The position numbers and the translations under genes were made by a program. From Vulcanimicrobiota bacterium (GTDB taxonomy: Bacteria; Vulcanimicrobiota; Vulcanimicrobiia; Vulcanimicrobiales; Vulcanimicrobiaceae), in the NCBI GenBank assembly GCA_963733295.1, contig CAVTCS010000005.1, positions 1 to 64,000 on the forward strand: a DNA stretch of 64,000 bases, in the 5' to 3' direction. The notes under the pieces were generated by a model, which searched no databases, had not been told where the DNA came from, and saw only the letters and a list, made by a program, of their open reading frames with translations. Numbering within the stretch: the stretch's first letter is position 1; the number at the start of each line of letters is the position of its first letter. Shown one piece after another: positions 1 to 10,625 of this stretch.

Positions 1-63
1 CGGCGTAAGCTGAGCCACAACGCCACGTAGTTAGCTAAAAAGAGCTGACTGAGCATTGGAAAT

Positions 64-87
64 CGTCCCGTCTGTCCGCGGGTTTCC
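64..87 (-). repeat. REP-like short repeat, copy 1 (GGAAACCCGCGGACAGACGGGACG on minus strand)
   Basis: Inverted near-match to 598-618 (GGAAACATGGGGACAGACGGA); the two copies flank one small gene. Confidence 0.5.
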
Positions 88-89
88 AG

Positions 90-487
90 TTATCGACTCC
101 TCGCGTTGGCTTCGCGGATCATCGCCTGCATCTCCTCTTCGGTGAAGGCACCCGCAGTGAAGGCGTTGACGGCGGCGTCAATCACCTGTTCTCGGGAGGC
201 ACTTGGATTGTCCCTAGTTTCTAGCGCCAGTCTCTTGGTTAAAGCCTTCTCGATGTCCCGCAAGGCTTGGTATTCACCCTTCAGTTCATCAACGCTGAGT
301 TCATTTAATGGCGCGGCCGGTTTGAACGCGTTCTTACCTTGGAAGGCCTGATTGATGAGGTAATCCGGGCTGCTTACCTTTGCTGCCCGAGCGCGCATGG
401 CCCGCCAGACAGCAACGAGGACAAACTACCAGCTACAATCGCCAAGGCAGCGAGTAACGCCCAAAAGACGCCCCAATTGAATTCCAC
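90..487 (-). CDS. Small N-terminally membrane-anchored hypothetical protein (apparent 1-nt frameshift near 423)
   Basis: GGGAGG RBS then GTG at 487 gives VEFNWGVFWALLAALAIVAG; adding one T joins it to ORF 90..398 (SFVLVAVWRAMRARAAK...). Confidence 0.45.
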
Positions 488-597
488 GATGGCCTCCCGT
501 ACCAAACGTTGCCGTCAACTGTAACCGGAGAATACATCACTCGAGCAAGATAAAACCCTTGTTCTCAAATGACTGCTGCGTGGGGGTGGGAATGTGG

Positions 598-618
598 GGA
601 AACATGGGGACAGACGGA
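598..618 (+). repeat. REP-like short repeat, copy 2
   Basis: GGAAACATGGGGACAGACGGA, inverted relative to 64-87. Confidence 0.5.
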
Positions 619-678
619 TAATGGGATTTCATAAAGGGCTGAATTCACAGCGCGATCATTCCTAGCTGGAGAATGGTG

Positions 679-1599
679 CTATTGTTTGTACGCTACCCAG
701 ATCAAAGTGTCCTTCAGGTCTGGAGGGGGCGGCGTGGGATTCACCGATGCGTCGAGGCCCACATCCTTCATCATCCATTGTAGAAACATGCCTTTATCGT
801 TCGGCCTGTCAGTCCAAATGCTGATTCCTACGGGAGCTGAATAGAGGAATTCGAATTCTTTGGGGATTGGCTTTCCGGGTGGAATCTGTGGAAGCGATTT
901 CCATGTAACGTTCCAATGCGCTTCCCGCAATATCTGGGACAGTTGGAACGCTAAGCGCGAGGCCTCTCTGTCTTGCACGCAGCCAAGCTGCACTCTGACG
1001 TAATCTTTGTTCTTTTGGTCTTTCGAGAGGCGGAGTAGCGCTTCGTACAGAGTGTTGGTCTCCTCTCTGCTCAGGATGCGATCCGGATGGGTATCGCCCC
1101 GCGCCAGCCTTTGGTAGGCGTCTTGCCAGTGCTGCGTTTCCGAGCGAGCCTGCCGCAATTGCGCCTCTAGTTGGTTCTTCTCATCTCCGAAGTGTTGCAA
1201 TTCCTGGGCCTTCGCCACTATGGATTGGTGGTCCGTGTAGATCACGTCTGCGACCAGCCACACGTAAGCGCTGCATTCAACGACTGCCACGGCAACGAGC
1301 GAGAGAATTGCAGGGGTGAGTGCGTCGCTCAGCGTTTCGGGCCACGGCTTCTTTTTCCAGAAATGAAAGTACGCTATGCCGAGAAGTGCAGCGACAATTG
1401 GGATCGCGATGGAGCCAAGAATGAATCCTGGACTGCTCGTACTGGAAACCCTCATCAGCGAATCCCAGCTTCGGGCGAGAAGACTGAAGAGATGCGGTCT
1501 GCGTGAAGGTGAGATGAACAAAGCTAGGGCCGGGAAAACAGCAAGGAAGCAAATGAAGGAAATCGTCCCGCAGAGAATCTTGCGCAGCATTTGGGACAT
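679..1599 (-). CDS. Hypothetical membrane protein (about 3 N-terminal TM helices, coiled coil, C-terminal alpha/beta domain)
   Basis: 306-aa ORF with hydrophobic segments followed by a heptad-like QELQHFGDEKNQLEAQLRQ stretch. Confidence 0.6.
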   Translation of the reverse strand: MSQMLRKILCGTISFICFLAVFPALALFISPSRRPHLFSLLARSWDSLMRVSSTSSPGFILGSIAIPIVAALLGIAYFHFWKKKPWPETLSDALTPAILSLVAVAVVECSAYVWLVADVIYTDHQSIVAKAQELQHFGDEKNQLEAQLRQARSETQHWQDAYQRLARGDTHPDRILSREETNTLYEALLRLSKDQKNKDYVRVQLGCVQDREASRLAFQLSQILREAHWNVTWKSLPQIPPGKPIPKEFEFLYSAPVGISIWTDRPNDKGMFLQWMMKDVGLDASVNPTPPPPDLKDTLIWVAYKQ

Positions 1600-1743
1600 T
1601 GTATGTGTGGAGGAGTTTGGCGTCTAGAATGTTCGCTATACTCTGCGTTGTGCTTATGAAGAGTTTGCGGCCAGTCTGCGGCACGCGCATCTAATTTGAA
1701 TCGGTGCAGCGATGCCAGACGCGAAGTAGTTGGGAGTGTAACC

Positions 1744-2512
1744 ATGACTGAAGCTTCTGATCTGCGGATGACGAGAATTCCGCTTCGCGACGGGGCCGGC
1801 AATATGCCGGCACTTGGCTTTGGCACATTGATTCCCGATCCAGCCGTGACGATCACCGCGACTAGAGACGCGCTGGACGCGGGATTTCGACACTTCGATT
1901 GCGCGGAACGATATGGGAATGAGCGCGAGGTTGGCAGGGCGTTGCAGGCAGGGCTCGCGGCTGGGGGGATTGCGCGTGGGGACATTTTTGTTACCACGAA
2001 GGTGTGGAATACCAATCACCGGCCGGAGCGTGTGGAACCGGCTTTCCAGGCGAGCCTCGGAAAGACTCGGGCTCGACTATCTGGATCTCTATCTCATTCA
2101 CACTCCCTTTGCGTTTCAGCCCGGGGATGAACAGGATCCCCGGGATCAAGACGGCAATGTCGTTTACGACCGCGGGGTGACTTTGCTGGATACCTGGCGG
2201 GCGATGGAGAATCTCGTGGACGGCGGCAAATGCCGGGCCATCGGACTTTCGGACATCGGTTTGGACGAAGTGAAGTCCATTTACGAAGCGGCGAGAATCA
2301 AGCCAGCCGTGGTGCAAGTGGAATCGCATCCGTATCTGCCGGAATGGGAGCTATTGGAATTCTGCAAGGAGAAGGGCGTGGTGCTTTTGGCTTTTGCGCC
2401 ACTGGGTCACGGAATGAAGCCCGGGCTGCTTGAGGATCCAGTTATTTCGGCTATCGCGGCGCGAGTGGGAAAGACTGCGGCGCCATTCAACGCCCCCCAG
2501 CGATACGGTTAA
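1744..2512 (+). pseudogene. Aldo/keto reductase, frameshifted (~2060) and C-terminally truncated (~2483)
   Basis: MPALGFGT, GFRHFDCAERYGNE and FVTTKVW in frame 1; LDYLDLYLIHTP, AIGLSD and QVESHPY in frame 2; homology stops after VGKT where the PAQVLL-type motif is expected. Confidence 0.85.
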
Positions 2513-2654
2513 CCGGCATCTGCGTCGAGGCCAAAGCGCATGTCGCACCTGTATTCGTTCTGCGAGCACCGCGAGTCCCTCGATTCCAAGGGCAACCGAA
2601 TGGCAACCGGGCGACAACCCGAAATGAGAAAACCCTTGATAAACAAGGCTTTAG

Positions 2655-2729
2655 TGGTAGCGCCAACGGGAATCGAACCCGTCTCTCAGCCTTGAAAGGG
2701 CCGCGTCCTAACCGATAGACTATGGCGCC
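2655..2729 (-). tRNA. tRNA-Glu (TTC), CCA encoded
   Basis: Reverse complement GGCGCCATAGTCTATCGGTTAGGACGCGGCCCTTTCAAGGCTGAGAGACGGGTTCGATTCCCGTTGGCGCTACCA folds as a cloverleaf with TTC anticodon. Confidence 0.95.
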
Positions 2730-2735
2730 GCAACG

Positions 2736-2807
2736 TGGGCCCGGCTGGATTCGAACCAGCGCGCAACCAGTTATGAGCCGGCCGCTCTACCGCTGAGCTA
2801 CAGGCCC
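2736..2807 (-). tRNA. tRNA with CAT anticodon, probably tRNA-Ile2 (lysidine-modified) rather than Met
   Basis: GGGCCTGTAGCTCAGCGGTAGAGCGGCCGGCTCATAACTGGTTGCGCGCTGGTTCGAATCCAGCCGGGCCCA; acceptor and T arms are Ile2-like. Confidence 0.9.
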
Positions 2808-2822
2808 ACAACCCGAACCGGC

Positions 2823-3394
2823 TCATTTTACCCTTCTGCCCATCCTCCTGGCTACCCCCGTCGAGCGCCGTTTGGGCGATCCGTTAGGCGAGCTGCTTGC
2901 GACGGCGAGCGGCACGCCCGCCGTTTCCAGCGATCGCACGCCTTCGGGGAGCGCCTCGCGCATGAAGGCTGCGATCTCGCGCAGGTCGCTCGCGCGCGTC
3001 TCCGTCGCGCGCCAGACGAGCGCGATCGTTCGACCTGCGCGCGCTTCGGCGAGCTCCCGGTAGGCGATCATCCCGTGCATCGTCGTGTGCTCGGCCGCGG
3101 CGAGCAGCGGAATGAGCGATATGCCCTCACCCGCCGCGATCATGTGGCGCAGCATCTCGAGCGAACTTGCGTAGCGGCTCTGGTTGGGCAACCGGCGCGG
3201 ATCGCAGAGCGAGAGCGTCTGGTCGCGCAGACAGTGCCCGTCTTCCATCAGTAAGAGCGGACCGCGTTCGAGGTCGCGCAGGCGGACGTTCTGTCGTCAC
3301 TGCGAGTTCTGATCGCTCGGGCACGCGAGGCGAAACGGTTCGAAGAAGAGCGGCTCCGCCACGAGACCCTCCATCGGAATCGGCAATGCGAGGA
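2823..3394 (-). pseudogene. Truncated duplicate of oxyR 3' half (no HTH; redox Cys pair retained)
   Basis: 2910-3394 is near-identical to 6475-6959, with compensating indels near 3299/3310; ORF 2823..3248 starts MEDGHCLRDQTLSLC. Confidence 0.85.
2825..2854 (-). promoter_or_regulatory. Putative sigma70 promoter for the tRNA pair
   Basis: TAGCCA-N18-TAAAAT on the minus strand, ending 17 nt upstream of the first tRNA. Confidence 0.35.
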
Positions 3395-3508
3395 CCCACC
3401 GTCCCGCTTGTCGAACGGCTCTCTTAGAGTGAATGTGCACGTAGCAAAGATCGAGCGCCTACTTTTCGAGTGTTTTGCGCCCACGCTGAAATGAGGTATC
3501 ATCCGGAT

Positions 3509-4069
3509 ATGGCAATCGCCGCTGAGCGGCTTCACCGTCTCACCACCGACGTCTACGAGCGCATGGGCGAGAGCGGCTTGTTGCCGGAGCGCGGCGTCGA
3601 GCTCATCGACGGCCTGGTAGTCACGATGAGTCCCAAAGGCGATCGGCACGGCCACGCCGTCAACTCGTTAAACGCCCAGTTCGGCGACCAACGCCGCGGA
3701 CGCTATGAAGTGAATGCCGGCAGTCTGAGCTTGCGTCTCGGGCCGCACGACGAGCCGGAGCCCGATATCGCGCTCGCTCGCACGACGCGGAATTATTCCC
3801 GAGAAAGGCCGCGTCCTGACGAGATCTCGCTCATCATCGAGGTCGCCGATTCGTCCTTGGCGTTCGACCTAGCCGAGAAACGAGCCAAGTACGCCCGCGC
3901 CGGGATCGCGGAGTATTGGGTCGTCGATTTACAATCGAATCTGTTCCACGTCTTCCGGAACCCAGACTCCGAGGGCTACGATAATCGGCGCGTCGTGAAA
4001 ATCGGCGAGACACTTTCACCGGCAGAATACCCGGACGTCCTCATCGACGTCTCGTTGGTGTTGGAATAA
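3509..4069 (+). CDS. Uma2 (DUF820) family endonuclease
   Basis: VELIDGLVVTMSP..H, EPEPDIAL, LIIEVADSSLAFD...KRAKYARAGIAEYWVVDL. Confidence 0.9.
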   Translation: MAIAAERLHRLTTDVYERMGESGLLPERGVELIDGLVVTMSPKGDRHGHAVNSLNAQFGDQRRGRYEVNAGSLSLRLGPHDEPEPDIALARTTRNYSRERPRPDEISLIIEVADSSLAFDLAEKRAKYARAGIAEYWVVDLQSNLFHVFRNPDSEGYDNRRVVKIGETLSPAEYPDVLIDVSLVLE

Positions 4070-4086
4070 GACCTTCGCCACGTCCG

Positions 4087-5298
4087 TCACGGCAACGGCA
4101 GGCGCTCGAGCACTCCCAACATCGAGAGCTTCTTGCTTCTTCCGACCGACTCTCGCACGCGGCCCGTGAACTCGGCCATCCGATCGAGCCTCTCGGCAGC
4201 CGCGAGGCCGGTCTCGTACATGGCCGACGCATCGGCCCGCGTGAGCTCGTAGCCGTAGCCCAACTCCATCCAATGCAGCGCGAGAACGCTCGCCTCGAGC
4301 GCAAAGGCCGGTTCTTTTACCAAGAGATCGCGCGCGGCGCGCCAGAGGGTCTTCGGATCGGCGGGTGAGCGCTTCGCCAGATCGAGCGCCTCGTCGTAGA
4401 GGCGTGCCGATTTTGCTGCGGCAAACCACTTGCCCTCAAGGCCCGGCGAGTCGGCGACGAGGTCGAGCAAGATCTCGCGCGCCGGTTTCCACGGATACTT
4501 TTTCGCGATCGCTCGGAACCGGGAGATGTACGTAGCATACCCGTCGTTCGCAACGAGTGCGTAGCGGCGGTAGGCTTCTTCGGCAAGCCCTGACGCCAAG
4601 AGCAACTCCTCGCACGCACGCGCGATTTGTGGAGTTCTCTGACCCGCTTCCATCGCGCGTTCGGCGTAACGCAATGCCTCGGGCCGCCTTCCTTGCGCCA
4701 CCAGAGCCTCGAAGCCGAAGCGCCGGTACGGCCAGAAATAGAGTCGGTCGTGCTCGAGCAATGCGAGGAGCTCGTCGTAGCGCTCAGCGGCGAGCAATGA
4801 ACTCAGACAGACCGTCACGCCCTCGAAATGCCGGCTCGTTCCGCGCGGCAATTTAAAGTTCGCGAGAACTTGGCCGGCGAAGCGGTCCGCCCACGCGGAC
4901 GCGACTTCCCACGTGCCGCAGACCCTGCCCCAGCGATCACCCAAGCGCTCGATGTACGGAATCTCGTCGGCGACAAGAGCCTTCCAAAGCCGCTCCAGCC
5001 AGGCGTCGCGAACGGCGCGCCCCACCTCAGCGGAGCCGATGAGTTCCGTCAACTCGTCGATTGCCCAATTGACGGTACCGCCGATCGCGCCACTCGAACC
5101 GTCGACGTATTCGAGCGCGTTCGAAACCCGCTCGAGGAAAGTGACCGCGCCGTCTGCAGCGAGCACGGGATCGTGGCGCGCGACGTCGCGTATCTCGCGA
5201 ACTGCCTCCTCGACGCGGGCTTCTGCCGGCTGCGAACGCCAGCCGAAAGCGCCCTTCCGGAAGCGGCTCTTGAATTGCCATTTGTGCTTTTCCGGCAT
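4087..5298 (-). CDS. Conserved helical hypothetical protein
   Basis: ~400-aa ORF with typical codon usage; HKWQFKSRFRKGAFGWRSQPA...DGSSGAIG and GKWFAAAK motifs look like a widespread uncharacterised family. Confidence 0.7.
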   Translation of the reverse strand: MPEKHKWQFKSRFRKGAFGWRSQPAEARVEEAVREIRDVARHDPVLAADGAVTFLERVSNALEYVDGSSGAIGGTVNWAIDELTELIGSAEVGRAVRDAWLERLWKALVADEIPYIERLGDRWGRVCGTWEVASAWADRFAGQVLANFKLPRGTSRHFEGVTVCLSSLLAAERYDELLALLEHDRLYFWPYRRFGFEALVAQGRRPEALRYAERAMEAGQRTPQIARACEELLLASGLAEEAYRRYALVANDGYATYISRFRAIAKKYPWKPAREILLDLVADSPGLEGKWFAAAKSARLYDEALDLAKRSPADPKTLWRAARDLLVKEPAFALEASVLALHWMELGYGYELTRADASAMYETGLAAAERLDRMAEFTGRVRESVGRSKKLSMLGVLERLPLP

Positions 5299-5370
5299 GG
5301 CGAGCACGTACGCTGCGCCCGCTCTGAATCCTGATCCGCCGGCGTAACCCCCGCCGGCCGATGTAAGCTG

Positions 5371-5784
5371 TCAAGCCGCGCGCTTGCGCGGCCGACCTCC
5401 TTTTCGGCCATTCTTGCGCGCCGCGCGCACTTTAGCATCCGTGCGCGCTCGTCCGCCCAGCTTTCCGAGCGCTCCGGCAAACGCGTAGCCGAATAAATCG
5501 CGGAGCAGGCCTGGAACGTAGATTGCCACGTCGGCGCTATCAAAGATTAAACCGTCGCCCATTGGTGAGGCGGTTACGTCGCGCAGTCGTGCAATTGGAA
5601 TCTTCGCGACCTCGCCAATTGCCTTAATCGGAACTGCGAGTTCGAGCCCACTGCGAAAGCGCAAGCGCACACTCTTTGCGGGTTCGTCGAGCTCTGCGGC
5701 CAAAAGCGCTGTTGGCAGTTTTGCCTTCGCCGCCCCACGTCGTTGCGCCGCGTTGAGTTGCTGGTCGGTCGGAGCCTTAGCCAT
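5371..5784 (-). CDS. DUF2442-domain putative antitoxin with basic C-terminal tail
   Basis: LRFRSGLELAVP...SPMGDGL.F...DVAIYVPGLL; tail KVRAARKNGRKGGRPRK; overlaps the upstream DUF4160 gene. Confidence 0.75.
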   Translation of the reverse strand: MAKAPTDQQLNAAQRRGAAKAKLPTALLAAELDEPAKSVRLRFRSGLELAVPIKAIGEVAKIPIARLRDVTASPMGDGLIFDSADVAIYVPGLLRDLFGYAFAGALGKLGGRARTDAKVRAARKNGRKGGRPRKRAA

Positions 5785-6010
5785 GATATTGCCTCCAGAG
5801 TTCGAGCAGTTCGTCACGATGGTCGGCGACCGCGCGAAATGCACGCCGCGCTTCACTGTTCTTCATGCCACGGTTCTCCCGGACGCTGACGGGAGCGAGC
5901 CACACGACGAGTTCGCCGCTATTGCCGAAAACGTGAACGTGCGGACGGTGACCGCGCTCGTCACGGGTGTAAACCCAGACGGTGAATCCGTCGATGATCC
6001 GTTTGGGCAC
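5777..6010 (-). CDS. DUF4160-domain putative toxin
   Basis: YTRDERGHRPHVHV motif and LLELWRQYHG ending. Confidence 0.8.
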   Translation of the reverse strand: MPKRIIDGFTVWVYTRDERGHRPHVHVFGNSGELVVWLAPVSVRENRGMKNSEARRAFRAVADHRDELLELWRQYHG

Positions 6011-6118
6011 GACCTGAGTATACCGAATCTGATTAGGTTAATCAAGAAAGCCGCCCCTTCCGAAGCTGAAAAAGCCGCTGAGAGTGCCTAGGATCCCTCG
6101 GGCCGCGCGCTCGAAGCG

Positions 6119-6169
6119 GAACTGGAGGGCCACGACGCATACGATGTCGAGGTGGGCGACTTCCACTAG
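6119..6169 (+). pseudogene. C-terminal remnant of HigB/RelE-like toxin
   Basis: Encodes ..EGHDAYDVEVGDFH*, the usual HigB ending, directly upstream of higA; the rest of the gene is absent. Confidence 0.6.
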
Positions 6170-6200
6170 CTCGACGATTAGGAGACAGAAACGCGCGATC

Positions 6201-6461
6201 ATGACGAAGATCACCCCAACGCACGCAGGCGAGGTGTTGCTCGAAGACTTCCTCAAGCCACTCGATGTGAGCGCGAACGCGCTGGCGATGGCACTGCACG
6301 TCCCCGCATCGCGGATCTCAGAGATAACCAAGGCACAGCGCGGCATTACCGCTGAGACCGCCCTGCGACTCTCGCGTTACTTCGGCACGACGTCGGAGTT
6401 CTGGATCCGTTTGCAGAGCAAGTACGACCTCGCGATTGAGGACAAGCACCATCGAGCGTGA
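6201..6461 (+). CDS. higA: HigA family addiction-module antitoxin (XRE HTH)
   Basis: PTHAGEVLLEDFLKPL..SANALA.ALHVPASRISEI...RGITAETALRLSRYFGTTSEFWIRLQ; GGAG RBS. Confidence 0.9.
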   Translation: MTKITPTHAGEVLLEDFLKPLDVSANALAMALHVPASRISEITKAQRGITAETALRLSRYFGTTSEFWIRLQSKYDLAIEDKHHRA

Positions 6462-6471
6462 CGTGCGTTCC

Positions 6472-7416
6472 TTACGGCACGCTCGCTGTTTCCAGCGATC
6501 GGACGCCTTCGGGGAGCGCCTCGCGCATGAAGGCTGCGATCGCGCGCAGGTCGCTCGCGCGCGTCTCCGTCGCGCGCCAGACGAGCGCAATCGTTCGACC
6601 TGCGCGCGCTTCGGCGAGCTCCCGGTAGGCGATCATCCCGTGCATCGTCGTGTGCTCGGCCGCGGCGAGCAGCGGAATGAGCGATATGCCCTCACCCGCC
6701 GCGATCATGTGGCGCAGCATCTCGAGCGAACTTGCGTAGCGGCTCTGATTGGGCAACCGGCGCGGATCGCAGAGCGAGAGCGTCTGGTCGCGCAGACAGT
6801 GCCCGTCTTCCATCAGTAAGAGCGGACCGCGTTCGAGGTCGCGCAGGCGGACGTTCTGCCGTCCTGCGAGTTCGTGATCGCTCGGACACGCGAGGCGAAA
6901 CGGTTCGAAGAAGAGCGGCTCTGCCACGAGACCCTCCATCGGAATCGGCAATGCGAGGAGCACCGCGTCGAGGTCGCCGTTGCGTAACGCGGCGAGCAAC
7001 TCGTCGGTCGTGGCTTCGCGCAACCGCAGCGCCAAGCGCGGGAAACGGCTGCGCCCGAGCGAGATGACCGAGGGCATGTAGTACGGACCGAGCGTCGCAA
7101 TCACGCCCAGCCGTAACTCACCCGAGAGGGGTTCGGAGCTTCGGCGCGCGTCGTCGAGCAAGCGCCGGGCATCACCGAGCAAGGCTTCGGCTTGGCGTAT
7201 GATCGCCTCGCCGCGCACGGTCGGCTCGACTTTGCGCTTGGTCCGCTCGAACAGGGCCACGCCCAAGATCGATTCGAGCTTGCGCACTTGCTCGCTCAGC
7301 GCGGCTTGGCTGACCCCGCAAGACTCGGCTGCACGCCCAAAATGACGTTCTCGCGCGACCGCCACCGCATACTCGAGATCGCGGAGCGAAACTGAGGAGA
7401 CGCTGGCCGGTGGCAT
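6472..7416 (-). CDS. oxyR: LysR-family hydrogen-peroxide sensor OxyR
   Basis: N-terminal LysR HTH (LRDLEYAVAVARERHFGRAAESCGVSQ); EDGHCLRDQTLSLC with both redox cysteines; divergent from katG. Confidence 0.9.
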   Translation of the reverse strand: MPPASVSSVSLRDLEYAVAVARERHFGRAAESCGVSQAALSEQVRKLESILGVALFERTKRKVEPTVRGEAIIRQAEALLGDARRLLDDARRSSEPLSGELRLGVIATLGPYYMPSVISLGRSRFPRLALRLREATTDELLAALRNGDLDAVLLALPIPMEGLVAEPLFFEPFRLACPSDHELAGRQNVRLRDLERGPLLLMEDGHCLRDQTLSLCDPRRLPNQSRYASSLEMLRHMIAAGEGISLIPLLAAAEHTTMHGMIAYRELAEARAGRTIALVWRATETRASDLRAIAAFMREALPEGVRSLETASVP

Positions 7417-7500
7417 AAGCTTAGATTAATCGGAAATACCTTAAGACTCCTTTAGATAAATCGATTTTACTTGCTGACCGAAAGGTGCTACGCTCGTGGG
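7417..7500. promoter_or_regulatory. AT-rich divergent oxyR/katG promoter region, likely OxyR operator
   Basis: Abrupt AT-rich tract between divergent oxyR and katG, the canonical arrangement; exact boxes not resolved. Confidence 0.5.
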
Positions 7501-7612
7501 ACTAGCGCCACCGGACGAGCGGACCACGACGGCCGGGGGCCGCGCGGAAAAGTCTTTGCGATTCAGACGGGATGGGTCGGCCTTCCCGATGGAAATTCCA
7601 GATCAGCGTTAG

Positions 7613-9853
<2,241 letters not shown>

Positions 9854-9877
9854 TCGCGGCCGAAAGGCGTTCGGGCC

Positions 9878-10201
9878 CTACGCCGCTTTGACGGTACGCG
9901 TCGTTAGCTTGACGCGAAGCCGCTTGCGAAGGACGCCGAGGATGTTCGAGAGATTATCCATGCTTGGATTCCCTCTCGTGGACAGCATTCGGTGCAGACT
10001 CTTTGCCGGCTTGCCTGTCGCCGTCGCTAGTTTCTCGAACCCGACGGTCGCATTCACAAGGTCACGTAGGACGATGCGCGCAGTGTCCGGCTCTCCATTG
10101 AGGAAGAGCGTGACGGCCTCGTCGAGTAACGCCGTCGCGAAGGCGGGGTCACGTTTGACACGCTCGACTACTGTCTGGCTAGAATCCCGCGTCATCTCCA
10201 T
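9878..10201 (-). CDS. Addiction-module antidote / HTH antitoxin
   Basis: LRDLVNATVGFEKLA..TGKPAKSLHRMLSTRGNPSMDNL; 4 nt downstream of the killer gene. Confidence 0.85.
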   Translation of the reverse strand: MEMTRDSSQTVVERVKRDPAFATALLDEAVTLFLNGEPDTARIVLRDLVNATVGFEKLATATGKPAKSLHRMLSTRGNPSMDNLSNILGVLRKRLRVKLTTRTVKAA

Positions 10202-10205
10202 AAAC

Positions 10206-10547
10206 TCACCCTTTCGATTTCGAACCCGCTGCCTTGCGCGCCTTATATTCGCTCCACAGTGCCTTTGCGCGCTCGATGTCCTGTTTCTGGCGTTGCTTTG
10301 TACCGCCGCCGAGAAGGATCACCAGATCCTCGCCGTCCTTCGCAAGATACACTCGATACCCGGGCCCCCAGTCGATCCGATACTCGCCTATAACGCCGAT
10401 CCACTTCACGGCTGACACGTTGCCCAGTTCAAGACGCGCTCTCGCGGTTGACACCTTCGCCGCTGCCTGGGCTGAGAGATCGTCAAACCATGCTCCGAAC
10501 GGCTTTGAGCCATCCTCGCGGACGTACTCAACGACGGTCAGCGGCAT
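10206..10547 (-). CDS. RelE/ParE-like addiction-module killer toxin
   Basis: PFGAWFDDL, RLELGN, EYRIDWGPGYRVY, LLGGGTKQRQKQDIERAK. Confidence 0.9.
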   Translation of the reverse strand: MPLTVVEYVREDGSKPFGAWFDDLSAQAAAKVSTARARLELGNVSAVKWIGVIGEYRIDWGPGYRVYLAKDGEDLVILLGGGTKQRQKQDIERAKALWSEYKARKAAGSKSKG

Positions 10548-10557
10548 GCTGGCCTAT

Positions 10558-10575
10558 AGTAACATATACGTTACT
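10558..10575. promoter_or_regulatory. Palindromic TA operator AGTAAC-N6-GTTACT
   Basis: Perfect 6-bp inverted repeat overlapping the TACTAT -10-like box upstream of the toxin start. Confidence 0.6.
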
Positions 10576-10625
10576 CCAAGTCAACCCTGCTGACGAACCG
10601 CGTTTCGCTCGTATACAATGGCGTC

